64,000 nucleotides of DNA from Candidatus Moraniibacteriota bacterium (GCA_963743885.1 CAVURJ010000001.1:438321-502320), one strand, 5' to 3'. Numbered from the stretch's first letter, positions 48,385-58,137 are shown. Numbers and translations are program-made. Notes: generated by a model not told the origin, from the letters alone.

Positions 48385-50082
48385 ATGGATCCAAACTTTC
48401 ACTTTCCTGACCCGAAAACCACCGTTCCGAGTGAGCGCCGCGTGCAGCGCTTCTTCGAGCTTATCCCGGGAACCATGACGTGGACGACGCTCCTTGGCAT
48501 GCTCGTCCTCTCGTACTTCCTGCCGGTGTGGGCGGCGATCTTCGTTGTTGTCTTTGATATCTACTGGATTCACAAGGCACTCTATATCTCGCTCTTTTCC
48601 GTGGCGGGCAATTATGACGTGAACGAAGGCAAGCGCATCGACTGGTGGGACCGTTGCCAAAATATCGCGCACCCGGAGGCGTACAGCGAGATCCTCAAGA
48701 CTCGCATCAAGAGCATCTATGATGGCATGCGGGAGATGCCGATCTTCGCGCTTCGCAATCGTCGCACGGCGATGCGGGAGATCAAACGCTTGAAGAAGAT
48801 CCGCCGCGAGACCCGCGTGCTCATCCCGATAGAGGACAAGATCATGGACTGGCGCGAGGTGGTCCATGTCGTGCTTCTGCCGACAGCAGGGGAGCCGGCC
48901 GATGTCATCGAGCCTGCCATCCAGTCGCTCGCGGAGAGCAATTTCCCGAAGGAGCAGATGATCATCCTCCTTGCGACCGAGGAGCGCGAGGATCCGGAGA
49001 CGCGCCTGCCGAAGGTGGAGTATCTCAAGAAGAAGTTTGACGGCGTGTTCCGTGATTTCCTTGTGACGACGCATATCGTCGAGGCGGGAGAGATGAAGTG
49101 CAAGGCGTCCAATGCCGGTTTCGCGGCACGCGAGCTCATGAAGTACCTCGATGAGCGCGGTATCGACTACAAGCGTGTGCTCTTCTCGAACTTCGACTGT
49201 GACAGCGTAGCGCACAAGGAATACTTCGCGGCGCTCACCTATGAATACATCATCGATCCGAAGCGTCTGCAGCGTGCGTATCAGCCGCTCCCGATGTACC
49301 ACAACAATCTCTGGGATACCAACGCCTTCGTGCGTCTCGTGGTGACCGGCTCGTCCTTCTGGCACCTGTACCAGTCGACGCGCAAGGAGATGGTGACCTT
49401 CTCGTCGCACTCGGAGCCTTTTGATACCTTGGTCAAAGTCGGCTTCTGGCCGGTGAACATGATCAGTGAGGACTCGGTCATCTATTGGAAGTGCCTCGCG
49501 TACTATCATGGTGACTACCGCGTGCAGCCGATCCATCTGCCGATCTCGCTCGATGCGGTGCTCGCGGAGACATACTGGAAGACGCTCAAGAACCAGTACA
49601 AGCAGAAGCGCCGCTGGGCCTATGGCATCGAGAACTTCCCGGTGACGATGCGCGCCATCTGGCCGGACAAGGGGATCAAGTTCTTCACGAAGGCTCGTAT
49701 CACCTTCGAGATGCTTGAGGGCCACTACTCATGGGCGACGACGTCCTTCATCCTGACGTTCCTCGGCTGGCTGCCGCTCGTTTTGGGTGGGTCGGCATTC
49801 CGCCAGAGCGTGCTTGCGCACAACTTGCCGTTCATCACGGAGACGCTCATGACGGTCGGCATGATGGGTCTCTTGGTCTCTATCCCGATGTCGCTCCTGT
49901 CGCTGCCGCCGCGGCCCAAGCGCTACCATTGGTCACGGCATTTCCTGATGCTCTTCCAGTGGATCCTCATCCCGCTCGTCGGATTTCTCTCGGCATTCCC
50001 GGCCATCGATTCACAGACGCGCATTCTCCTCGGTAAATACTTCGGTGAGTTCTGGGTGACGGAAAAAATGCGGAAGAATTAG
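48385..50082 (+). CDS. Membrane glycosyltransferase family 2
   Basis: KASN, FDCDS, ISED, QKRRWAYG; N- and C-terminal TM helices. Confidence 0.9.
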   Translation: MDPNFHFPDPKTTVPSERRVQRFFELIPGTMTWTTLLGMLVLSYFLPVWAAIFVVVFDIYWIHKALYISLFSVAGNYDVNEGKRIDWWDRCQNIAHPEAYSEILKTRIKSIYDGMREMPIFALRNRRTAMREIKRLKKIRRETRVLIPIEDKIMDWREVVHVVLLPTAGEPADVIEPAIQSLAESNFPKEQMIILLATEEREDPETRLPKVEYLKKKFDGVFRDFLVTTHIVEAGEMKCKASNAGFAARELMKYLDERGIDYKRVLFSNFDCDSVAHKEYFAALTYEYIIDPKRLQRAYQPLPMYHNNLWDTNAFVRLVVTGSSFWHLYQSTRKEMVTFSSHSEPFDTLVKVGFWPVNMISEDSVIYWKCLAYYHGDYRVQPIHLPISLDAVLAETYWKTLKNQYKQKRRWAYGIENFPVTMRAIWPDKGIKFFTKARITFEMLEGHYSWATTSFILTFLGWLPLVLGGSAFRQSVLAHNLPFITETLMTVGMMGLLVSIPMSLLSLPPRPKRYHWSRHFLMLFQWILIPLVGFLSAFPAIDSQTRILLGKYFGEFWVTEKMRKN

Positions 50083-50095
50083 ATTTACGATTTTT

Positions 50096-50115
50096 CCTGC
50101 CTGCCGGCAGGCAGG
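50096..50115. repeat. Perfect 20-bp palindrome cctgcctgccggcaggcagg
   Basis: Variants near 31461, 39798 and 56181. Confidence 0.85.
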
Positions 50116-50292
50116 GATTTTAGAATAGAATGCAAGAAGGAAAGATAAGAGAAGAAGATTTTTGATTCAATACAAGAAAAGCCCCGTCCTTCGGTTGAAG
50201 GGCGGGGTTTCGTTTCGTGCGGTTCACACGTCGTGGAGATGCGAGAGGAGCGGTGGAGTAGCCACGGGCTCGAGGCTATCGCGCAGGATCTC

Positions 50293-50676
50293 CTAAATCG
50301 GCCGTTGGAGCGGAGAGATGTAGAAACGGCGAGGATCCAGTTTGCCGAATAGACCTGGGGTCGCGGCTTCTGGAATGACGTCCTTGTCTTCGAGGTCGGT
50401 AATGCCGGCGACGAACTTCTCGACGAAGCTGAAGAGAGAGCGGTTGATGCCATCGGGCTGTTTCACGAAGAATGAGATCATCCCGTTGTCGTTTTTGACC
50501 CGGAGGTCAGTCGCGCGGATCTCGAAGCAGGCCGTAGACCGGCCTCGCCAGATCATTCCCGTGATGAAGGTCGTAGAGTAGAGGATGCCCGGTTGTCTTG
50601 GGAGGAATACGAGGCCGGGGTTGATGAACTTGCGCTTTTCATCGAAGTACAGCTTGAAACCGTTGTGTTCGGCCAT
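50293..50676 (-). CDS. Hypothetical protein
   Basis: AAGGAG RBS; downstream terminator. Confidence 0.6.
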   Translation of the reverse strand: MAEHNGFKLYFDEKRKFINPGLVFLPRQPGILYSTTFITGMIWRGRSTACFEIRATDLRVKNDNGMISFFVKQPDGINRSLFSFVEKFVAGITDLEDKDVIPEAATPGLFGKLDPRRFYISPLQRPI

Positions 50677-50858
50677 GATGAGCTCCTTGGGTTGTTGGAT
50701 GAACTGGATTATTTGTATCAGAAATGGCTTATTTATGCAACTATCCTGTATTTACCACCTTTTGACCCTTTACAAAACCGATAAAAGGGTGTATAATGTA
50801 TTGTTTAGTTCTTTAAGTGTGAAGTTTTGTCCAACGTTTTTTCTCGAGGGAGAGAAAG

Positions 50859-51230
50859 ATGGAAATGCTGCAAATCGAAGTGGTCCGCGTCCTGGGTAAC
50901 GGTCGTCAGATCGTGCGTCAACAAGTGATTGACGTGCCGGCTAAGAAGTACCAGTCTGACGCGTTGTATCCGCCGTATCCGATCGTTCGGCGCCAGCGTT
51001 CTGCTCAGTCGTTGCATCGTTTGAACGAAAAGTCGTTGTGCGGCAACTCCGGCTATGTTCTTCATACGACTGTCGCATCGAAGCGCATCCAGCCGATGAG
51101 TCCGGAGTACTACGACAGGCAGCAGCATACCCTCTCCAGGCAGTATCAGAAGTCTGATGCACAGCGGGGGAAGGAGCAGCGCAAGCGGGTCCATAAGCCG
51201 GACTACCGGCACGTGGATGTCTACCACTGA
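50859..51230 (+). CDS. Basic hypothetical protein
   Basis: TTTACA-17-TATAAT promoter; GGGAG RBS; terminator near 51250-51285. Confidence 0.55.
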   Translation: MEMLQIEVVRVLGNGRQIVRQQVIDVPAKKYQSDALYPPYPIVRRQRSAQSLHRLNEKSLCGNSGYVLHTTVASKRIQPMSPEYYDRQQHTLSRQYQKSDAQRGKEQRKRVHKPDYRHVDVYH

Positions 51231-51324
51231 TCGGTAGGCAAGCGGCAAAGAAGGGGTTTGTCTGGAATACAGATGAACCCCTTTAAAATTCCCTAAATCC
51301 TCCCATATTATTTTTTTCTTTACG

Positions 51325-51362
51325 TATCACTATAATTGTGCGGTCGTCATAAAATAGTGATA
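51325..51362. repeat. 38-bp palindromic direct repeat, copy 1
   Basis: tatcactataattgtgcggtcgtcataaaatagtgata; identical to 52054-52091. Confidence 0.95.
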
Positions 51363-51438
51363 TACTGAAAACGTAAAAATAACGTAAAAATAGAGAAAAT
51401 AAAAAATATAACGGTGCTAATGATATATACAACGATGT

Positions 51439-52032
51439 ATGAACAAGAAAAAAACAGCATCTCAGAAAACGGCAAGACTGGAAAAGATCAATCTTCAGGG
51501 TATTGTTCTTGGGGCGGTGGGATTAGCTGGTGTGATGGCAATCGCACTTGCTGCGCCGAACGCTCTTCAGGCAATCAAGGTATTTCGTAATTTCGGCGAT
51601 GCGAAGGTGAGAACCCGGTATCGATATTCGGTAAATACGACAATTAGACGTCTTCAGAAGAAGGGACTGATTGCTGTTGAACAGCATGGTGGAAAACCAT
51701 GCTACCGTCTGACAGAGCGGGGAGCTCTCGAGCTTGTCCGATATAAGATGAAAGAGAAGACGATTACGCGGCGACGTTGGGATGGAAAGTGGCGTGTTGT
51801 TATTTTTGATGTAAAAGAAGACCAGCGTACTATTCGAAACCGGATCCGGACGATGCTTTTTGAATTCGGTTTTGTCCGCCTACAGGATAGTGTCTGGGTG
51901 TCGCCGTATGAATGTGAAGAAGTGATCCAGCTTTTGAAAGCGAAATGTCGGATCGGTAAGGATGTGCTCTATATCACCGCTGAGAAAATCGAACAGGACG
52001 GTTTTTTGCGGAAGCACTTTGATCTGAAATAG
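51439..52032 (+). CDS. PaaX-like protein (wHTH + Cas2-like ferredoxin fold)
   Basis: RLQKKGLI...YRLTERG; WDGKWRVVIFDV; GFVRLQDSVWVSPY. Confidence 0.85.
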   Translation: MNKKKTASQKTARLEKINLQGIVLGAVGLAGVMAIALAAPNALQAIKVFRNFGDAKVRTRYRYSVNTTIRRLQKKGLIAVEQHGGKPCYRLTERGALELVRYKMKEKTITRRRWDGKWRVVIFDVKEDQRTIRNRIRTMLFEFGFVRLQDSVWVSPYECEEVIQLLKAKCRIGKDVLYITAEKIEQDGFLRKHFDLK

Positions 52033-52053
52033 CATTTTTTTTGTTTTATTGCA

Positions 52054-52091
52054 TATCACTATAATTGTGCGGTCGTCATAAAATAGTGATA
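52054..52091. repeat. 38-bp palindromic direct repeat, copy 2
   Basis: Identical to 51325-51362. Confidence 0.95.
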
Positions 52092-52190
52092 CGTTGGTAA
52101 TAAAAAATTAGGGAGATTGAGAAGGATAAAAGGACAAGAAGGGGAAAATAAGGAGAAAAAATACGGACAGAGAATATAGGGAGAAGGTGG

Positions 52191-54278
52191 TTACTCCAAG
52201 TGGATTTTTTCTTCGAATTTCTGGAGAGCATCGCGGAGGAGCGGATGCTCTTCGAGCCGTGGATCAGATTTCAGGATGGCCGCAGCTTCATTCCGTGCGA
52301 TAGTGATGAGCTTCATGTTGGTGAGGTTCTCCATGGCGATGTCGGGGAGGCCGGACTGGCGTGTGCCGAAGAAGGCACCGGGTCCGCGGAAGGCGAGATC
52401 AGCTTCTGCGATATCGAAGCCGCTTGTTGTCTTTGTCAGGACTCGCAGTCTTTCGTTGCTAGCAGCGTTTTTGCCTGGCAAGAGAAAGCAATAGGACTGG
52501 TGTTCGCCTCGGCCGACGCGGCCGCGGAACTGGTGAAGCTGCGAGAGGCCGAAGCGCTCGGCTTCCTCGATCATGATGATAGTGGCGTTCGGCACGTCGA
52601 TACCGACCTCGACGACTGCGGTCGCGACGAGAATATCGTATTTCTTCTCATGGAAGTCGCGCATGACGGCTTCTTTTTCTTTTGCCTTGAGTTTGCCGTG
52701 GAGGAGTCCGATGGAGAGGTGCGGGAAGACATCCTTCGCGAGACGTTCCTGTTCGGCGACGGCGGCCTTCACGTCCTTCATGGCCTCGGATTCTTCGACG
52801 AGGGGCAGGATGACGAAGGCCTGGCGACCTTTCTGAGCCTCGCTTCGCATGAACTCATAGACCTGTTCGCGTTTTTTGTCCGTATCGGCGAGCCGGGTGA
52901 TGATCGGTTTCCGGTCTCGCGGCATCTCGTCGAGGATCGAGACGTCGAGATTGCCGAAGAGTGCGAGCGTGAAGGTGCGCGGGATAGGGGTAGCAGTCAT
53001 GGTCAGGAAATGACTCACATTTTGAGGTGTCGCATCGTGGACGGTCAGTACCGTGTCTTGGAGCTTCGCACGCTGGGCGACGCCGAAGCGGTGCTGCTCG
53101 TCGACGATGATGAGTGCGAGATCGCGGAAGGCGACGTCATCTTGGAGGAGGGCATGCGTACCGACGACGATGTCGGGGATGCCGGCGCCGATCGCTTTGA
53201 GGAGCGTGGGGCGGGTGACGGTGTCTCCATCCAAGATGCGATAGCTGCCCGTGAGGAGTGCGACGCTGTGTCCGGTATCGGCGAAGAGTCGTGAGAGGCT
53301 CTCGAAGTGCTGCCGGGCGAGGACTTCGGTCGGGGCGAGGAGCGCGGTCTGTGCTCCTTCTTCGGCTGTGACGAAAGCCGCGATCGCGGCGACGGCGGTC
53401 TTGCCACTTCCCACGTCACCATTCAAGAGTCGGTTCATCGGGTGGGTCGCGGAGAGGTCGGAGAGGATCTCACTCGCGGCTTTTTCTTGCGCTCCGGTGA
53501 GCGTGAAGGGGAGTGAGGCTTTGAAGCGTGCGAGCGCGGCGTCGTCGAAAGGGAGCGATTTCGCTTGCGCGGTCTCGAAGAGCGATCTGACTTGGAGCGT
53601 TTTCATCTGCACGAGGAGCATCTCGTCGAAGGCGAAGCGTTTCTGGGCGATGAGGCTATGCTCTGTGTCTTTGGGGAAGTGGACGTAGAAGAGAGCTGTT
53701 TTGAGCGAGGGGAGATGAAGCCGCTCGAGGATCTCCGCGGGGACGGGGTCATGGAAATCAGCGATCTGGGGGAAAAGCTCGGTGATCTGCCAGCGGAAGA
53801 ATTTGGACGTGAGGCCGGCGGTTTCGGGATAGACCGGGACGAGACGGCCGGTGTGGGTCGCATCGCGGGCGGAGCGTTCGACGGCCGGGTTTTGCATGAG
53901 GAAGCCGTCGCGGTCGCGCGAGACCTTGCCGCTCATGCGGACTACCATGCCGTCTTTCAGCATCTGCGATACGAAGCGCTGGTTGAACCAGAGAGCGCGT
54001 ATCCGGCTGCCATCTGTATCCTCGATGACGGCTTCGGTCAGGAACATTCGCTTCTTGAAAGTGCGGCCAGCTTCGATGGAGACGACCGTGCCGAGGATGG
54101 TGCAGCGTTCATCGGGGACGAGTTCGACGATTGGGCGGATGGCGGAGTAGTCTTCGTAGCGGTGCGGGAAGTGATGAAAGAGATCGCGCACGGTGAAAAT
54201 ATCCAGACGTGCGAGCTTCGCAAGCGTCGGTTGCTTGATGGAGGTGATTTGGGAAAGCGGGGTGTCAAAGGGGAGCAT
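52191..54278 (-). CDS. recG: ATP-dependent DNA helicase RecG
   Basis: GDVGSGKT, DEQHRFG, MTATPIPR, QLHQFRGRVGRG. Confidence 0.97.
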   Translation of the reverse strand: MLPFDTPLSQITSIKQPTLAKLARLDIFTVRDLFHHFPHRYEDYSAIRPIVELVPDERCTILGTVVSIEAGRTFKKRMFLTEAVIEDTDGSRIRALWFNQRFVSQMLKDGMVVRMSGKVSRDRDGFLMQNPAVERSARDATHTGRLVPVYPETAGLTSKFFRWQITELFPQIADFHDPVPAEILERLHLPSLKTALFYVHFPKDTEHSLIAQKRFAFDEMLLVQMKTLQVRSLFETAQAKSLPFDDAALARFKASLPFTLTGAQEKAASEILSDLSATHPMNRLLNGDVGSGKTAVAAIAAFVTAEEGAQTALLAPTEVLARQHFESLSRLFADTGHSVALLTGSYRILDGDTVTRPTLLKAIGAGIPDIVVGTHALLQDDVAFRDLALIIVDEQHRFGVAQRAKLQDTVLTVHDATPQNVSHFLTMTATPIPRTFTLALFGNLDVSILDEMPRDRKPIITRLADTDKKREQVYEFMRSEAQKGRQAFVILPLVEESEAMKDVKAAVAEQERLAKDVFPHLSIGLLHGKLKAKEKEAVMRDFHEKKYDILVATAVVEVGIDVPNATIIMIEEAERFGLSQLHQFRGRVGRGEHQSYCFLLPGKNAASNERLRVLTKTTSGFDIAEADLAFRGPGAFFGTRQSGLPDIAMENLTNMKLITIARNEAAAILKSDPRLEEHPLLRDALQKFEEKIHLE

Positions 54279-54361
54279 GACTTCATTATATACTAGTGGC
54301 TTTTTTGTGCTAAAAAACAAGCCCCTCACACGCAGCGTATGCGGGAGGGGCGAGAGGGGGG

Positions 54362-54877
54362 TTAGCGGCTGCGCACTTTGCGCGGGAGCGAATCCCGAGT
54401 GTACCGCATGGTAGTCGATTGCAGCGGAGCTCGTTGCCAATCTTCGGGAAGGCTGGCGAGTGTTTCCATCCGCACGTGGGTGATATTGATGCCGACGCCG
54501 GTAGCGATCGCTCGCAGTTTACTCACGATGGTGAGGAGATCCTCGCCAGATAGGCGCTTGTGCTTTTTGCCAATCTGGCCGATCAGTATTGTCGGAGAGC
54601 CGCCGCCGAGGAAGGCATAGCCGAAGGAGTACTTGCTGAGATCATTGAAGAGCATGGCGCCGATGAAGTTGCTGCGTTCTTTCGGCGCGAGAGCTTTCTC
54701 GGTCCGGATTGCGAAGAATGCCGGGCCGTCATTGTTGACGTGGATGAAGCTTACCGCAGTATGTGGCTGCTGATAGCTGACTGGATCCTGGCGTTCCCCC
54801 CCAGTCTCCTGATGGCAGGAAACGGAGCGATGCGGGACAAGTCCGGACAGGATTCCTCTTTGGCCATCAATAATCAT
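54362..54877 (-). CDS. Hypothetical protein
   Basis: AAAGGA RBS; TTGACA-17-TATTCT promoter. Confidence 0.6.
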   Translation of the reverse strand: MIIDGQRGILSGLVPHRSVSCHQETGGERQDPVSYQQPHTAVSFIHVNNDGPAFFAIRTEKALAPKERSNFIGAMLFNDLSKYSFGYAFLGGGSPTILIGQIGKKHKRLSGEDLLTIVSKLRAIATGVGINITHVRMETLASLPEDWQRAPLQSTTMRYTRDSLPRKVRSR

Positions 54878-55012
54878 AAATCTGCTTCCTTTCTTCGGTT
54901 GTCGATGAACTACCGACGGAGAATACCCCAAATATATGATTTTGTCAATGCCTCGCTTCCGGGGCGGATTTTCCGTATAATGCCTATATCGTAATATCCT
55001 GAGCCCTCCATC

Positions 55013-55858
55013 ATGTCCGAATCCAAGAATCTCATCTGTTATTTCGACGGCCGGTTCCTGCCGCTGTCTGAGATTGTGCTCAGCCCGTATGATCTTGGCT
55101 TTCTGCGTGGGTATGCCGTCTTTGATGTGATGCCTATGGAGAATGGCAAACCATTTCTTTGGGAGAGGCATTTTGATCGGCTCGTCCGTTCGGCAGCGCC
55201 GCTCGGTCTCTCGGTACCAGTGGATAAGGAGGTTTATCGGAACATTCTCGATGAGCTCGTCGCGCGCAATCCAGGAGAGCGTCTTTCGTTCCGGACCGTG
55301 CTGTCTGGTGGCAAGAGCATGGATAGTTTCGTGCCACAATCAGGAGCGGAGACGTTCCTCGTGCTCGCCGAGCCGGCGCATACATATCCGAAAGAGATGT
55401 TTGAAGATGGTGTGAAAGCGATCACGCTCGAGTATGAGCGTCCGCTGCCACAGGTAAAGCTGGCGAACCATGCTATCGCTATCAGTGATCTGCCGCGCCG
55501 CCGCGAAGCCGGGGCTTTTGAAGCGATCTATGTGAATAGCGGAGAGATATCGGAAGCATCGCAGAGCAATGTCTTCATTGTGAAGGACGGGAAGCTTTCG
55601 ACGACATGGGAGAATGTGCTCCATGGCATCACGCAGGGGCTGGTGCTCGAGCTCGCCGAAGCTGCGGGCATCGTGGCAGAGAAGCGACGAGTCATGCTTG
55701 TTGAGCTACTTTCGGCTGATGAGGTGTTCATGACAGGATCGAGCAAGCGTATCGTGCCGGTGGTGCGGATCGACGAGACAGTGATCGGTGCGGGTACTCC
55801 CGGACCGGTCACGCGGCAGCTCTTGCAGGCGTTTGATGATTTCGCGAAGGCGTACTGA
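55013..55858 (+). CDS. Class IV PLP-dependent aminotransferase (Dat/IlvE/PabC-like)
   Basis: DLGFLRGYAVFD, HFDRL, EASQSNVF, LHGIT, ADEVFMT, PGPVT. Confidence 0.92.
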   Translation: MSESKNLICYFDGRFLPLSEIVLSPYDLGFLRGYAVFDVMPMENGKPFLWERHFDRLVRSAAPLGLSVPVDKEVYRNILDELVARNPGERLSFRTVLSGGKSMDSFVPQSGAETFLVLAEPAHTYPKEMFEDGVKAITLEYERPLPQVKLANHAIAISDLPRRREAGAFEAIYVNSGEISEASQSNVFIVKDGKLSTTWENVLHGITQGLVLELAEAAGIVAEKRRVMLVELLSADEVFMTGSSKRIVPVVRIDETVIGAGTPGPVTRQLLQAFDDFAKAY

Positions 55859-55933
55859 CGAAATATCCTGGAAGCTTCTTCTGTTTGCCAAGAAGGAGGG
55901 CTTTGAGTACTATGAGAAGGCTGTGCGGATAAT

Positions 55934-56005
55934 GCGCTCGTCGTATAACGGATAAGACATCTCCCTCCGAAGGAGAAAACGCAGGTTCGACTCCTGCCGA
56001 GCGCA
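55934..56005 (+). tRNA. tRNA-Arg(CCG)
   Basis: tctcc-ctCCGaa-ggaga arm; cloverleaf. Confidence 0.92.
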
Positions 56006-56412
56006 CAAAGTAAGTGAGGAGCATGCCAACTGCTTGGCATGCGCCAGGAGGAGAAAGTCGGAGCCCTGTCCGCGATAGCGGACGGCGAGACGGGGTCGAG
56101 AGGCTGTGAAAGCAGAACTCGTGACCGATTCCTGCCGAGCACACATGAACGAAGTGAATGGGCCGAGGAGCGAGTAAACTCTTGCCTACCGGCAGGCAGG
56201 GCTTTACTCGCGCCAAGGAGGAGAACGCCGGAGTGATATTTCGTCAGAAGACGAAATCGCGAGGCGCTGCTCAGACAAGCCTTTGTGTCGACAAAAGCTT
56301 AGTCGAGGGAGACTCCTGCTCGCCTCGATTCGAGTCGAAGCGGGCCGAGCGCGCAAAGTAAGCGAAGAAAAAAAGACTTCCCCGCATAGGGAAGTCTTTT
56401 TTGTAAACGATG

Positions 56413-56485
56413 TGCGCCCGGCAAGAATCGGACTTACGACCTTCTGGACCGCAACCAGACGCTCTATCCACTGAGCTACGGGCGC
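56413..56485 (-). tRNA. tRNA-Arg(GCG)
   Basis: tctgg-ttGCGgt-ccaga arm; T-loop reads TCCGATT. Confidence 0.88.
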
Positions 56486-56583
56486 ATTTAACAAAAAACT
56501 CACGACTTACGATTTACGACAAACAACGGTAAAACAGGTATTTTTCTGGTGTTGTGAGTCGTTCGTCGTTCGTCGTCAGTCAA

Positions 56584-57144
56584 TTAAATATGCAGCAATT
56601 TCTCCAATGTGTCAACTAGGCCTGGCTCGTGGATATCTTCCGGTATGGCTCGCGCGAGCAATTGCCGGAGCGATTCAGTATCGACAGTCATGATAGGAAT
56701 GTGGGCATATGGAACGAGCTTTCCGGTCGTTTTGATGCTAAGCAGTCCCTCGAAGGGCGGTTCGGTATAGATATGAAATGATTCGATGGTCCCAAGTTCG
56801 TAGAAGCTGTTTCCGGCGGCGATACCCTTAGTAGTGATGTGGAAGTCAAGTATCTGTTGACTGCGGTGCATGAGAAGATATCCGACGACGCCGATGAGTA
56901 TGAAAACAATCGCCATGAGTGGGCTATTGGTATAGAGAGCATAGCTGATGATGGCGATCAAGAGTACCGTGACGATAATTTTCGCGCGAGGTCCGAGTTC
57001 GAGCGGCTCGTGCTCTGGGGCTTGCCAGGAAAGGATGGCGTCGCCGTACTGTTTTGGGAGAGACGACGCAGCGGCGCGTACTGAAAAACTTGGTTCTTTT
57101 GGAACCTGTTTAGGGTGGTTGAGGGAAGGGTGGTGGACGGACAT
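56584..57144 (-). CDS. Conserved membrane protein
   Basis: LSWQAPEH, two TM helices, soluble C-terminal domain. Confidence 0.75.
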   Translation of the reverse strand: MSVHHPSLNHPKQVPKEPSFSVRAAASSLPKQYGDAILSWQAPEHEPLELGPRAKIIVTVLLIAIISYALYTNSPLMAIVFILIGVVGYLLMHRSQQILDFHITTKGIAAGNSFYELGTIESFHIYTEPPFEGLLSIKTTGKLVPYAHIPIMTVDTESLRQLLARAIPEDIHEPGLVDTLEKLLHI

Positions 57145-57274
57145 GGTTTTTTATCAAATTCTTTTGTTATGATAGCACGATGTTTGATTCTGCGATACAA
57201 GGTATGTATTGATGCAAATTTGGAATACTGATACAGTGTTTCCGTGAGCCTCTCTCGTTTATGAAGAGGTTTTA

Positions 57275-57384
57275 GGAAGCGTGGCCCCTTAGCCCAGGAC
57301 CAGTCTGCCTTGGGCGGGGAGTGGTTGAAAGCAATGGTTTTGCCGTCGCCCTTGGCGGGGTCCCGCTCAAGCGGGAAAAACTGT
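57275..57384 (+). pseudogene. Degenerate 5' copy of tRNA-Ser(UGA) with two insertions
   Basis: ggaagcgtggcc[32 bp]gagtggttgaaagcaatggttttg[33 bp]aaaaactgt aligns to the tRNA at 57401. Confidence 0.85.
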
Positions 57385-57400
57385 GCTATCTTGTTAAAGT

Positions 57401-57490
57401 GGAAGCGTGGCCGAGTGGTTGAAGGCAACAGTCTTGAAAACTGTCATACCCGAAAGGGTATCGTGAGTTCGAATCTCACCGCTTCCGCCA
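57401..57490 (+). tRNA. tRNA-Ser(UGA)
   Basis: Long variable arm; anticodon TGA; encoded CCA. Confidence 0.95.
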
Positions 57491-57709
57491 GAAAAATAAT
57501 CCAGCCTTGTTGGTGTTTGGGACAAATGTCGAGAGTCTCTTGTTTGATGATGAGGGAGTGTTGTTTGGTTAATCCTGCATTAGTTACCCCTCTCCCTTGG
57601 CAATTTTGTGATTTTGTGGTATCATACTTTGTTCTCGTTGGGAGTTCTTTAGTGGCCAGCTGGAGCATGGTATCCGTTTGTTTGAGGTCTGTTCATAGGA
57701 GGAAAGGTG

Positions 57710-57907
57710 ATGACTGTACGGGAAACCAGTCCAGGGACGTTCTATTGCGGCATATGCAGCAGGATCGTTTCTCCGCAGCACGACTGTCGCCCTGGAACCA
57801 CGCATAAGGGGTTTGATCATGGAAGTTCAGGGGTAGACAAATGCAGGAATTGCGGGGCCGTTGTTGGTCTCGGTTGCCAGCGTTGCCGCTATTGCGGGAA
57901 TACATGA
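57710..57907 (+). CDS. Small Cys-rich zinc-finger protein
   Basis: AGGAGG RBS; CGIC, CRNC, CRYC. Confidence 0.6.
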   Translation: MTVRETSPGTFYCGICSRIVSPQHDCRPGTTHKGFDHGSSGVDKCRNCGAVVGLGCQRCRYCGNT

Positions 57908-58137
57908 GGCTATGCAATGCATTGGCCAAAGATGAGTGCGGAATCGTACTCATCTTTTTTTGTGTCCGCATAAAAAGATTTGCTTTTTTGGCTGTTTTGT
58001 GCTAGTTTGGAATCGTTGTAAGTTTTTCTCTCTGGAGTTTCGCTGACCGCGGAAGGAGTTGCCAAGCTCGGACCAGTCAAGCAGTGCCAGGTAAGGAGAA
58101 GGTCACCTTACACGGTAAATCAAGTTAGCAGTTCGAT

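Noticed and set aside
48184-49725. 513-aa minus-strand ORF and similar long shadow ORFs over valS, recG and the adaptor gene
   Set aside because: Antisense to well-supported genes in GC-rich codon context, with no recognisable motifs
51325-52091. CRISPR array or cas locus
   Set aside because: Only two repeats, separated by a whole gene; no spacers and no cas1 or effector genes
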